Of a stretch of DNA of 64,000 bases, positions 36,950-49,168 are shown in pieces. Made by a program: the position numbers and the translations under genes. This DNA is from Mobula birostris (lineage: Eukaryota): NCBI RefSeq assembly GCF_030028105.1, contig NC_092399.1, positions 24,572,881 to 24,636,880 of the forward strand, read 5' to 3'. Under the pieces are notes generated by a model. The model saw only the letters and a program-made list of their open reading frames with translations. It was not told where the DNA came from and made no database searches. Every line of letters starts with the position of its first letter. Position 1 is the stretch's first letter.

Positions 36950-37212
36950 TGGCCTCTTCTTGTTGTTACCATCAGGGAGGAGGTATAGGAGCCTGAAGAC
37001 CCATGTTCACCGGTTTAGGAACAGCTTCTTACCTTCTGCCACCAGATTTCTGTTTGGTCCATGAACCCAAAAAAACACCACCTCATTATTTTTTTTGCTT
37101 TATTTATTTATAGTAATTTATAGATTTTTATGTTTTTGCACTGTACTGCTGCTAAAAAACAACAAACTTCATGTCAAGTGTCAGTAATAATAAATGTAAT
37201 TCTGTTTCTGAC
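36950..37212 (+). mobile_element. Rex1-type LINE 3' end
   Basis: ttaccatcagggaggaggtataggagcctgaagac...tttaggaacagcttctt; aataaa...tctgtttctga tail. Confidence 0.75.
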
Positions 37213-37377
37213 ATATTCTGTAAATTAAAATCCCAACATATGAATTCCAATAAATTTGTATGATAAAAACCTCATAAACACAATTCAGGAAGCATGAACC
37301 ATAAATGTAATTAACTGTAATATCCCTTGTGTAACAGATGTAATTGTGCTCCTTGACTCCACAAAAATATTTATTTC

Positions 37378-38000
37378 TGCTCCATCCGCCAGAAAAGCAG
37401 GACTTCCTGATGGCTACTCATTTTAATTCTACTTCCTATTCCCATTCCGACATGTCAGTCCATGGCCTCCTCTACGGCTGCAATAAGGACATACTAGGGT
37501 TAGAGTAGCAACACTTTATATTCCATCTGGATAGCCACCAATCTGATGGTATGAACATGAATTTCTCAGACTTCTGGTAATTGCCCCCCACCTCAACATT
37601 CCCCATTCCCATTTCCCTCTCTCACCTTATCTGCTTGCCTGCCCATCACCTCCCTTTGGTGCTCCTCTCCCCTTTTCTTTCTTCCATGGCCTTCTGTCCT
37701 CTCCTATCAGATTCCCCCTTCTCCAGCCCTGTATCTCTTCCACCAATCAACTCCCCAGCTCTTCACTTCACCCCTCCCACTCCCAGTTTCACCTATCACC
37801 TATCACCTTCTACTTCTTTCTCCCATCCCCCTAACTTCTTACTCTGACTTACCATATTTCTTTCCAGTTCTGATGAAGGATCTCAGCTCGAACCATCGAT
37901 GGTTTACTTTTTTCCATAGATGCCACGTGACCTGCTGACTTCCTCCAGTATTTTGTGCGCGTTGTGTTGACTTCCGGCATCTGCAGATTTCCTCTTGTTT
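37378..38000 (+). mobile_element. Penelope-like element 3' end
   Basis: Homologous to 33780-34405; degenerate ctgatgaagg...cgaacc hammerhead. Confidence 0.85.
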
Positions 38001-39849
38001 CTGAAAATGCCTCTGTGTGGCCAGTACTTACCTTGGACGAGACCAAGCTGCTTGTAAGCTCAATGCCAAACTTGCCTGCTCTACGTAGAGCAACAGAGAG
38101 CAAAAGACACTTTATGTTAAAGCAGAAGGACCCCAAGCCAGAACAGGATATGATCAAAGATCATATTGCTCCAACAAGATCATTGCATGTGGAAGTGCCC
38201 CTGCAATAAGGGACACAAGAGGCAATGGAGAGAAAATCCAAACAGCAATATAGTAGCACATACTATCAAGTATATGAATTGGCATAGAATTATTCAGTGA
38301 AAAAAAATATTTACCTGGAATATCCACCTGGCATAAAGCAAATTCAATGTAGACAGCACTCTTTTTAAGACAAATGTCTGGAAATAATTCTTCATGTGTG
38401 AAGTAATCAAGATGTGCAACATGTTTCTAAATCTGTATAGGGGAGGTACTATCTCTGGCATCACTGGGGAAAGTATTACATATTGTAGTGAGAGGTGTCT
38501 GAATGAATAAACCAAATGAATCCAAGGTACTCCTCACCTCTAATCCTTTATGTGATCTGGCTAATTGCTGCTTGTTCAGCTCAATTTGTTTTTCACTAGA
38601 CACCCAGTCACTCAACTCCCTGCATCAGGGGTAAGTTACTTGGCTATAATGGCTCAGTGTCTTATTGGTTCTTATGCAATTCCTGGTCCTCCCATTGGGG
38701 ACAGTACTATACGACACTAAGATTCAAAGATTCAAAGTACGTTTATTTATTATCAAAGTATGTATGCAGTATACAACCCTGAGATTTGTCTTCTTCACAG
38801 ACAGCCACAAAACAAAGCAAACCTTGGAACCCATTCAAAGAGAAACACAACCCTCCCCCCATGCACAAGCTAAAACCACATAAGTGGCAATAAAACAAGC
38901 AAAAAACACAGAATATGAAACATCAGACAACAAAGTCATTGAAAGGGTCCAGGCATATTCGTTCAGTTCAATCTAGCGCTGGGTTGTTCGTTATCTGCAG
39001 GCCATAGAGCCAGTCTGTCCCAATCAAAATCACACAAAAATAGCAACAAAAAAGGAGGAACCGGATACTTTCTGTCATAGAATTAATCAGTTATATATCT
39101 CCACCGTGTTACTTGGCAGTTAAGAAGAATACCAATACAAAACTGAATCGATAAAATTTTGCTGCAATGTTTTAAAATATTTGAAAGAAGCTGTCATAAA
39201 TGTACCATGTTCAATTCATATGTATGTTTGATAACAGAACTGTGTTCTCTATAAATAATAGTGCTTTTAAGGTGATTTTATCTCTGACAATGTTACTTGT
39301 GAGTTTATTAATCTGTTTCATTCATAGATTCTTCTGGGTGACTGAATTCTCTACATGACCAGTGTACTAAATGAGACCAGTAATGATATTCTGATTATTT
39401 AGGTATCAGGTTTGTTTACAACATAGACTTCTTTGCATTCATTACGTTGTGCTAGAGTCTACAGTTACTTATCCATTTATTGAATATAGTTGAAACTTAG
39501 ACCAATTCTACCCAACATTGCGTTATCTATGGATAAATAAGAGTTTGAGACAGGACTAATAATCTGTTTTCTTCTACTATTAATCTTCCATTATGCAGCT
39601 ATAATGTAAAACAAAAGCTTTGGAGCTGTGGCTGCCAAGTATGAGGTGAAGGCAGAAGGTTGAAAGATGAGAGAAAGTGGTGTTGAGAGCAGTCAGAAAG
39701 GTGGAGAACAGAAGGACTGAAGAACTGTAAGACTATAGGCACCAAAAACTACAAGGCCATGTACCAGTTCTTATCACCACCTAGAGTGGAGCAGTCATAA
39801 AGGTATCATGCTCAATTAAGAAGAGGATTTGTTTGGGAGCTGGGAAAGG

Positions 39850-40272
39850 ATTAGATTAGATTAGATTATGAGGACAGTAAAAAAGTTCAAAGTCTCTCGA
39901 AAGTCCCACATCTCACGTAGACGGGAGAAGAAAGAAAACTCTCCTTGCCATGCCTGACCACAGTCTGACTCTGAGTCGTCTGAAAACTTCAAGCTTCCGA
40001 TCAGCCCTCCGACACCTAGTACCGAGCGCCATCTCTGCTGAACGCTTCGACCCCAGCCTTGGTCACCAGCAGCAGGCAAAGCCGGGGATTTTGGGGCCTT
40101 CCCTCCAGAGATTCTGGATCGCACAGTAGCAGCGGCAGTGAACCGGGCATTTCAGAAATTTTCTCCAGATGTTCCTCTGTGCTTCTCACGTCTGCCTCCA
40201 TCAAATCAGAATTGTGCACGGCACCCTACTTACAAATACAGTATCATTTCACCGGAGAGCTGCGCGCACGCA
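39850..40272 (-). repeat. GC-rich non-autonomous retroposon family, copy 3, with (TAATC)n tail
   Basis: Homologous to 44162-44780; gattagattagattag tail. Confidence 0.8.
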
Positions 40273-40997
40273 GGACGAACAAGTAAAAAAGATGCTAATG
40301 CCTCTTATAGCACAAGGTTTGTGGACCACCGACCCTTGAGGATGGCACAGTATTTGCTCTGTTACAACTTTGAGAAATTAACTCACTCCTCCGTGCAATT
40401 TTCCCAGGAGCATTGCAAGTCCCTGTGGTTCTTCTCGATTCTGACAGAGTGCGAACAGTGTTGGAATACCACCATCAGATCTCAGAGAGAGGAAATGTAA
40501 TACATCTGAAAAGCAAGAATGTAGCACTAAATTATAATGTTTATATGTGATGTATGAGTGGAGTTACTGCTGATTTTACATCCACAATAACATTAAATAT
40601 GCTCCTTATCCATCTAAAACATTCTGTACATATTTACTAATGAAGAATAAAAATGGTACTGTACATATTAACTATAAAATTGTAGGTAAATTTGAACAAA
40701 TTTATCTGATCCTCACTAATTGAAACACATTACTAACAATGTTTTATTATGTATGTGCAAATTGTTTCTTCGGAACTAGTTTACTCCTCACACAGTGATG
40801 GTTTAGCAAATATTGTTATATACAAGGTATGGATACACCCATCTGTAATTCAGTAACAATGGTGCCAATCTTGTTGTTTACTGATCTGGATAAATAGCAA
40901 TTTCTTTTTATAGTATTTTACCAGAGTAATATACCGTGGCATTCAGATGTGGAAGTGTATTTCATTGCTGTTTCTGTAACAATTTTGTTTTACCAGT

Positions 40998-41186
40998 CAG
41001 GGTTGTTAGCCTGGAGGACTGATAGACCACTCTTCGTCTGGCCTCTACCCTTTGACCTGTTTGGCACGGGTGACCCTACCAAGAGCCAAAGCATAAGGCG
41101 CTGACACCAGCCGACATAGCTCTGCGGGTCACTGAGGCACGCAAGTCTCCAAACCCAACGACAATGTTATGGTTCTCTTGGAGGAT
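40998..41186 (-). mobile_element. RTE-clade (Rex3/Expander-like) 5'-end fragment
   Basis: Reverse complement cttgcgtgcctcagtgacc...gagctatg...ggtagggtcacccgtgccaaacaggtc resembles the conserved RTE 5'UTR. Confidence 0.55.
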
Positions 41187-42119
41187 CAGGTAGCCCACAG
41201 AGGTGTAATTAGACAAAATCTGATGTGGACTCAAAAAAGGTGACATGGAGATAGTGGATGAAGTGACTTGTCAAGAAGGAGATGTTAAGCAGCATTTTGA
41301 AAGAGATTGAGAGGCAGATAGATTCAGGGGAGAGATTCCAAAGTTCCCTGATTGCACAAACATATTGGTGAGTGTTCATATGGAAAGGCAGAGAGACTGA
41401 AGGCATTTGAGGTTGATTCGACCTACAGGAGAGCTCAGAAACAGAGATAGATAAACATTATGGAGTGGGTGGACGTGGGGGGTGGGGGGATAGTGCAGAA
41501 CTCTGAATTGGGGGACAGGGACAGAGCTTAGGATTGGGTCTCAATGAATCTCGAGGTAGTATGTGTCTTTGGTAATAAAGTTACGTTGACTTAGACTTTG
41601 ACTTTGCTGGCTGAATTTGATGTTACCTGTCAAGATATGGAGAGTGAAATTGAGGGGTCATGGTGGGGTCAGACCTGTAGAGTCAGGAGGGTAGAAACAT
41701 ACAGATGAGGAGTTCAGCAGTAAAGATCCTTACAGCTTTGTCCTCCACCCACTGAAGTCACGAATGAGGCGTAACACTTGATTGTTATAGCCATATTATG
41801 AAGCGTCACAAGAACAAAGAATGAACAAGGAAAAGATAAAGTAAAAGAAGTTGTGGCTGTCTGATACTCAGAGGTAAAAGCCCATTCCATTGATAAGATT
41901 TAACCTATGAAATAGTCATATTCAAGTGTCCTGACACCTACTGCAGAAAAACTGAGAAACTGCTAGAAAATACAGGATCAGTTATAACACGATTACTAGA
42001 AAATTCACTGAAAAATCACACATATAGTATATAGGTAATTATATAAAAACTACAGCAAGCATAGGAAAGTTAAACTAGAAGAAAAAGGCAAGGAAAAACA
42101 ACATTCCACACCCAACCTA

Positions 42120-42460
42120 ACAACTCATAGAACCAGCACTGAAACCAGTCCTTCAGCTGACCATAACCATTCACTTACAGAATTCCTAATTAATCCAATT
42201 TTTGATTCTCCCACCTTCTCTTCAACTCCCCCCAAATTTTAATGCTCACCCACGCACTAAGGGCAATGCACCGTGGCCAATTAACGTATCGTCCCTCACA
42301 GTCTTGGATGTGGGAGGAAACCAGAGTACTCGGAAGGAACCCACGTGGGCACTGGGTGAAGGCAGAAACTTCGCACAGACAGCACCCAGGGACAGGACTG
42401 ACCCCAGGTCTCCAGCACAGTGAAGCAGCCGGTGAAATAGCTACATTGCTGTGTCAACTA
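42120..42460 (-). repeat. V-SINE
   Basis: ttggatgtgggaggaaaccagagtactcggaaggaacccacg (V domain, reverse strand). Confidence 0.7.
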
Positions 42461-43074
42461 ATACTCAACAAGTCAACCTTCTGATTCAATATTGCCAACT
42501 GCAGGTGTCCATTTCCCCCTCATTATCTCACATTAATACCATGAAGAATTATTTATGAAGCTGATTCTAGACAAAGATGTATTTTATGATACATTCCATC
42601 CCTGATGAGAATCAATTATTAAAAGAAAATTAAAAGCTTCTTTAATCCATTACAATGTGCAAATATTTCAACATGAAAGGAATCATATCCGTATATATTA
42701 TTTTCTGAAATTTATTCCAATAGCTGCCTGATAACTTACTTGAGATCTTAGATAAAATTTCTTATGAATGTTTTAAAAAGTGGCCTTTGATCTGAAGGTG
42801 ATTGCTGGAGGGAAAATTGTAACATTTTAATCTTCATGATAGTAACCACATCAATATCAGAGATAATGAGACCTTTCTTTTAAGTTGTGTCCATGTGGTC
42901 AGTTGGTTAAAGTGACAGATCACCATCTTTTCCCCAGGTTCTTAATTCTTCCATCCAGAACACGTTGGGTTAGGACTGCCAGCCCTACCTCGTGAAGCTC
43001 TTTGGTAGTTAAATAGACCAGGCTGATTTCGTCATTCAGACTCAGGTTATACTTCAACTACTTCAGTCATAAGG

Positions 43075-43352
43075 ACTCTAAATAGGGTAAATGCACATGA
43101 TCTTTTCCCCAATCTTGGAGAATAGGAACTAGAAGGTGAGAGGGTATAGATTTAACAGGAACCCGAGGAGCAGTTTTTTCACTAAATGCTCGTCTGTATA
43201 TGTAATGAGCTACCAGAGGAAATGGTTGAGGTGAATATATTGACAATGCTTAACAGATATTTGGACAATTACGTGGATAGGAAAGGTTAGAAGGCTGTGG
43301 GCCAAGGTGGACATCTTGACCGGCATGAACTGGCTGTGCTGAAGGGGCCCAT
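43075..43352 (+). mobile_element. CR1 3' end
   Basis: Typical CR1 tail ending tgtatgactcta. Confidence 0.7.
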
Positions 43353-44161
43353 TCCCAAGTTGTATGACTCTACTGATCAAGGCGGCTACACCCAAAATCA
43401 GGTCCAGTGAGAATTCATAGATGGTAAGGTTGTTGCCTAAGGAATTGCAGGAACGGTGATGCATTTTTAACAATTTTTTTGCTGGCCAGCTTTTTTTACC
43501 TGGATGCTCTATTAAATAAACCATCTCCTCTTCTCCATCCATACTCGATACATTTACTTGTGTGCAAAGTACCATTGCCATGATTTCCCATTGTTCTGAT
43601 ACTAAATGGGTTGTGTCTACTTTGCTAACTACTCCAGCAAATACACAACAATGTAATATATTGAGTGCTGCAATTTAATTTCATTGATCTCTTTGCTCAT
43701 TCTGTGTAAATTTTATTGCAGAAAATACAAGGTGTTCCTGCAAGGATTCTTAATAAGATCATAAAAAAGAAAGTCTGGATTTGATGTTTTCATGCCGAAA
43801 AGTGCGGGGAACCAGGCTGGCACCAATTTGCTGCTCCTGAGCTTCTGGACTCTTTCAATCATTTGTCTGTGATAGTGAATATAGAACATAGAAAAGGACA
43901 GGAGCAGAGCTTTCAGCCTTCAATATCTGTGTCAACCACGATGCTAAATTATACTAATCCCATTTGCCTGGACTTGGTCTATATCTGTCCATTCCCTACA
44001 CGTCCATGCGTCTGTCTAAATACCTCTCACACTACGATCATAACTGCTATGGCTGCCTCCCCTGGCAGTTTGTTCCATACACATAGCACTCTCTATATAA
44101 AAACCTTCTCTTACACATCTCTTTTAAGCTTTTCCCTTTCAGCTTAAGATTGTAGTATGAG

Positions 44162-44780
44162 GCAGGAGGAGAAGATGGCGCGACGCAGCGCACACAGCTC
44201 TCCGGTGAAATGATATTGCATTTGTTAAGTAGGGGCCATGCACAATTCTGATTTGATGAAGACAGACGTGAGAAGCAGAGGAACATCTGGAGAAAACTTC
44301 TGAAATGCCCGGTTCGCTGCCGCTGCTACTGTGCGATCGAGAATCTCCGGAGGGAAGGCCCCAAAATCCCCGGCTTTGCCTGCTGCTGGCGACCGAGGCT
44401 GGGGTCGAAGCGTTCGGCGGAGATGGTGCTTGGTACTCGGTGTCGGAGGGCTGATCGGAGGCTCGAAGTTTCGACGACTCAGAGTCGGACTGTGGTTGGG
44501 CATGGCAGGGAGAGTTTTCTTTCTTCTTCCATCTGCGTGAGATGTGGGGCTTCCGAGACCTTGAACTTTTTTACTGTGACCATGGCCTGTTCTTCATCAA
44601 GTTATGGTACTGTTGTAACTATATGTTATAATTATGTGGTTTTTGTTAGTTTTTCAGTCTTGGTCTGTCCTGTGTTTCTGCGATATCACACCGGAGGAAT
44701 ATTGTATCATTTCTTAATGCACGAATTACTAAATGACAATAAAAGAGGATTGTGTGTCCTCACAATCTAATTTAATCTCA
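44162..44780 (+). repeat. GC-rich non-autonomous retroposon family, copy 4 (apparently full length)
   Basis: 5' ggaggagaagatggcg; 3' aataaaagagg...aatctaatttaatct. Confidence 0.8.
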
Positions 44781-45159
44781 TGATTACATTTAAACTCTCG
44801 TCCAATCTCTCAGCGTTCCCTGTTGATCCGATTGTTTTTTCAAGCACGTTCAGTGTAGTCCTGCTTGACCCTCATTCAGATTTGGTTCGGTAGTGACCTC
44901 TGAGTCCGAATATGATTTCTTTAGAGCATTTCTTTAAACAGAAGCTACTTCAAAGAAAACCAAGAATTCTTCTCAGTCCCCTATTTAACACTGGACCTCC
45001 AGCAATTCTGAAACACAGAGGAATGGGAAATTTGCTTCATTGTTGTTTGTGGGGCCTTTGCATTGGCTGCTGTGTTTCCCACATTATACCACCAGCTGTA
45101 CTGCAAAAACATGACAGGAGCCTTAAGGTATTTGCAGGTTAAACAGCACTCGATAAATG

Positions 45160-45676
45160 TGGAACACCCTGGAAAAGGTTTGTAGAAGCAGTGTTCGGGT
45201 TATGGTTAGAGATAACAGGTGCTTTGGAATCTGAGTGGGTTTTTGCATTGTGTGTCTGACGCCGGTGTGAGCTGGGGCCTTTATTCGGTGGGAGATAAAG
45301 AGAGAAGATGCTGGAGAGAACCGATCATAGGATCTGACCGGGTGTTGACCGTGATTCGATGGATCTACTGAGGATCGGCGAATATGCCTTTTGGAAGAGT
45401 TGAGCTCCAACTTGTACACTATTGACCGTTTAATTATAATGGGCTCTTTTTGTTTTTTTTTCCCCTTCTTGTATTTAGTAACCCTTTAGTTAACATTCGT
45501 AAATACAGTTCCTTTAATCTTATGCAGTGTGCTGCCTGTTATTTCTTGGCACTGTGGTGTAACAGGGTAGCAAATTACACAGCAACCATACAAACTAGGG
45601 ATTGGGGTGAGCAAGCAATCCCAATCGCATGGATTTGGTGGGATTGGAATATGTATTGCCTTGGGGGGGTGGTTCA
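45160..45676 (+). mobile_element. Solo LTR
   Basis: Imperfect inverted ends tggaacaccc / gggtggttca; 4-bp TSD aatg at 45156-45159 and 45677-45680; shares motifs with 27101-27790. Confidence 0.7.
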
Positions 45677-46068
45677 AATGCATGTCTTTTTTTAAAATTT
45701 GAGTCACTTCATTTGAAATCACTAACTAGGAGTCATACTGTGCTTGCACCTGGCCACAAGTTTGCTAAGTGCTCTCCCCACTGCCGAATGTGAAGGGATG
45801 TCCCTGCTGCCATAGGACCAACTTTGGAATTCCTTCGAGAATAAAAACAGAGAATTTTGGAAAGACCAAACAACATCTAGGATAGAGAAACATTTCATCA
45901 CTTGAAATCCTTCCGGACATCCATAATGTTTGTCTTTGTTCACTCACCAACGGTTTCTCGACTTATTAAAACTATAGTCCTCTGGTGCTTAATTGAGGAA
46001 AGCTGTTGTCAACATTCACTGGAGGCTTTCTTAGTAATTTCATCTCCTGGCCACTTGCAGCTGCCTGC

Positions 46069-46138
46069 CCAATCCACACTGCTATTGGTCTCCTGACACG
46101 TCCATCTTAATAGTGCACCAACTATCAAGTCTGATTGG
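46069..46138. promoter_or_regulatory. Cluster of three CCAAT boxes, possible promoter
   Basis: CCAAT at 46069, ATTGG at 46084 and 46134 in non-repeat sequence; minus-strand donor TG|GTGAGT at 45948. Confidence 0.3.
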
Positions 46139-46428
46139 AGAATAGAAGGTTCTTCATTTCCTGACTGTATGCCTCATGATTCTCAGTTCCACAATATGCA
46201 TTTCATCTTTCTTATTCTTATAATTAAAAGTAGAAGAGATAAAAAGAAAATTATTGTAAACTGCATGCTGTTTAGTACCTGTGGCAGTATTCTGGAAATA
46301 AAACTTTGATCCAAGGAGACGTCAGGATGTTTTATAAAAGGCTGGTGAACTGGTAAAGTGATGATGGTTTTGGTGAAACAGACGGACACTTCTTTCACTG
46401 CAGATAGAGAATATCAAGGTGAAGTTAC

Positions 46429-46648
46429 AGACACAAAATGCTGAAGGAAATCATCTATGGAAAAAAGTAAACAGTTGACGGTTTAGACCGAGGCCCTTCA
46501 TCAGGACTGGTGAACGGTCCTGATGAAAGATCTTGACCTGAAACATCGACTGTTTACTTTTTTTCCATAGATGCTGTCTGGCCTGCTGAGGTCCTCCAGC
46601 ATTTTGTGTGTGTTGCTTTGGCTTTCCAGTATCTGCAAATTTTCTCAC
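46429..46648. mobile_element. 220-bp Penelope pLTR-only foldback insert with back-to-back hammerhead motifs
   Basis: 16-bp TSD atcaaggtgaagttac at 46413-46428 and 46649-46664; inverted arms tctatggaaaaaagtaaacagt / actgtttacttttttccataga. Confidence 0.85.
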
Positions 46649-47604
46649 ATCAAGGTGAAGTTACTTGGATCTGATCTGCTGGCTGAGTAAGCCATCAAAT
46701 GAAACAATGGCTTTGCTGAAGAATGGCTCCAGGCACTTCACAATCCCTTGTTGTTTACAGCATTGGTATCCAGTACTGCAGTGTATCGTGAACATCTGAT
46801 ATTTCCTTTCATAAGTTATTCTTTACACTGACAATGGTTATGTTCTTGATACTTAAATAGAAAATAAATCTAATACAGTTTCTTTCAATGACTCTTTAAC
46901 CAACTATTTTTGGTCATACTTCTCATTTATATCTATAGAAAACTTTGCCATAACTTATTTATAGTTTCCCTTCATATACGTCAAATTGTGATGAGTGACT
47001 TGATATTAGACTGTCAGTCAGGGAAGTGGGTTATGGGGAAGTAGGAGTCCTGGACAAGTAGCAACCAAACAATTCATGTGGCTCCAGTTCCTTTCAGCGT
47101 CACGAAAGGAAGCATTTAAAATTCTTTGGTGAACCCTTGATCCTGTTCCAATTGTTTTTGCTGAGAAGAGAAAATAGAATCCTTTGTGTGCCTGATGCAC
47201 TTGAATTGATCAGTAACCAATCCGTAGATTTACAATTGGGGGGAAGATATGCTTTAATTTATCATATGCTATCTGATTCCTCATCGTGGCATGGCACGGG
47301 GAAAATAATTAAAATCCCTCATTTTCAGGTGGAAATACACCCGTAAAAGTCTCATAGTATGTGGATAGAGTATAAGCTGGTTTGATTGGAGACATGGAAT
47401 TGAAGTTATCTTCGAATTGAGGCCAGGAGATTGAATTGTCTTTAGGTTTGGCATAGAGCTGGTGTTTGGAGCCTGTCTGGAGTTCTGGGCATGTCTGTGG
47501 TTCATCTAGTGTTCAGAGTTTATCAGATATGATACAAAATGTATGTTCACTGCTGACTTTCAACCAATTAGTTTCAATTCAAAAAAAGTTCATGTAATTA
47601 CTTA

Positions 47605-48440
47605 GTCATGGAGTCATTTAGCACGGAAGCAGCCCTGGCAGTCCAGTTGGTCAATACGAACAAGATGCCCTATTCAAGTTAGTCCCATTTGCCGGCATCT
47701 GCCCATGAACGCCTAAACATTTCCACTTTTAAAAGTTGCTTTTGCACCTACGTTAACCATTTCTTCAGGCAGCTGATTGCATATAAATACAACACTTTGT
47801 GTAAAAGAAAGTTGCCTCTCAAGTTCCAATTAAATCTTTCCTCCTCACCTTAGACCTGGTTCTGGTTCTTCATATCTTAATTCTAGGAAAAACAGACTAG
47901 GTGATTTACCTTATCGATGCCCCTCATGATTTTATGCACCTCTATAAGATCACCTTTCAGTCTCCTACACTGTGAGGAATAATTTACTCACCCGTTCAAC
48001 TTCTCCCTGTAACTTAGTTACTCAAATATTGGCAGCATCCTTGTAATATTTTTCTGCACTATTTCCAGTTTAATATAATCTTGTCTACAGCAGGCTGAAC
48101 AAGAGTGGACACAATACTCCAAGAGCAGTTTCACCAGTGAGCTATACAACTGCACCACAGCCTCCCAACTTTTATCCTCAGTAACATAACTTATAAAGGA
48201 CGTAGTGCCTGAAGTCGTCTTCATCACCGTATCTATTTGTGATTCTACTTCTTGTGAACCATGTGCTTGTACTCCAAGGTCACTCTGTTCTAAAACACCC
48301 CCCCAAGGTTCAGCTGTTCACAGTGAAAATCCTGCCTGGATTTGCCTTTCCAAAATGCAACACCTCACATTTATCCAAATCAAACTCCATTTGCAATTCC
48401 TTGGCCTATTTACTCAGTTGAACAAATTCCCCCTGTATTT
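47605..48440 (-). mobile_element. CR1 LINE 3' portion, degraded
   Basis: LYSSLVKLLLEYCVHS...KLEIVQKNITRMLP. Confidence 0.8.
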
Positions 48441-48473
48441 TTTTAACTTCTTTATTGCCCGTTATATCACCCA

Positions 48474-48740
48474 CTTATCCACACTAGACCGGATAATTTT
48501 GAAAATGCCGGTTTCGTGTAAAAATGATAGGCGTCCACAGCAGGGCGTTTTTGAAAATACCTCCGTCCATATTAAAACGGGTATTTGGGCGAATCTTCTC
48601 CTACTGGGCGTGCGCAGGTCACATCTACAGAAAACAAGCAAAGAGGAAATGGTATACTTGGTGTGCGTTTGTCCAGGTACAGACTAGAAAAACTTAAAAG
48701 GAAATTGCCAAACGACGGACGGCTGACGGACAGCTGTTGG
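48474..48740. mobile_element. PIF/Harbinger-like non-autonomous end fragment
   Basis: tccacactagaccggataattttgaaaatgc with repeated gtccac / ttttgaaaa subterminal motifs. Confidence 0.55.
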
Positions 48741-49045
48741 ACAGATGGCAGAGAAGGACTTCTGAGTGTGGAAAGTAGTGTAGGACACACCCAGCCCTGA
48801 GACACCAGGCAAGACCATTTGATTCCAAACAATTGCTTTATTGATCATTGCAGAATGTCTCTCTGGGGCTTCCTGCTCCCTCCCCTCTCCCTTCTCCTTT
48901 TCCCAACCATGATTCCCCTCTCCTTGCTCCCTTCCCACTTTCAGACCACAAGGAAAACCCATATCAGAATCAGGTTTATCATCACTCATGTAGGCCTTGA
49001 TTTTATTTCTGTGGCAACAGTACACTGTAGTACATATAATTACTA

Positions 49046-49088
49046 CAGTACTGTGCAAATGTCTCAGGTTTGTCTCAGGCACCCTAGC

Positions 49089-49120
<32 letters not shown>

Positions 49121-49168
49121 ATATGTGCGTGTGTGCGTGTGTGTATCTAAGACTTTTGCAAGTACTGT
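49046..49168. mobile_element. Tc1-like MITE containing (TA)n/(CA)n microsatellite
   Basis: TIRs cagtactgtgcaaatgtctcagg / ctaagacttttgcaagtactg. Confidence 0.65.

Noticed and set aside
40791-40830. cacagtg heptamer suggesting a V(D)J recombination signal (also about 62421)
   Set aside because: No nonamer at 12/23 spacing and no Ig/TCR segments nearby
40998-41186. Possible HDV-like ribozyme at an RTE 5' end
   Set aside because: I could not build the nested double pseudoknot by eye; recorded only as an RTE 5' fragment
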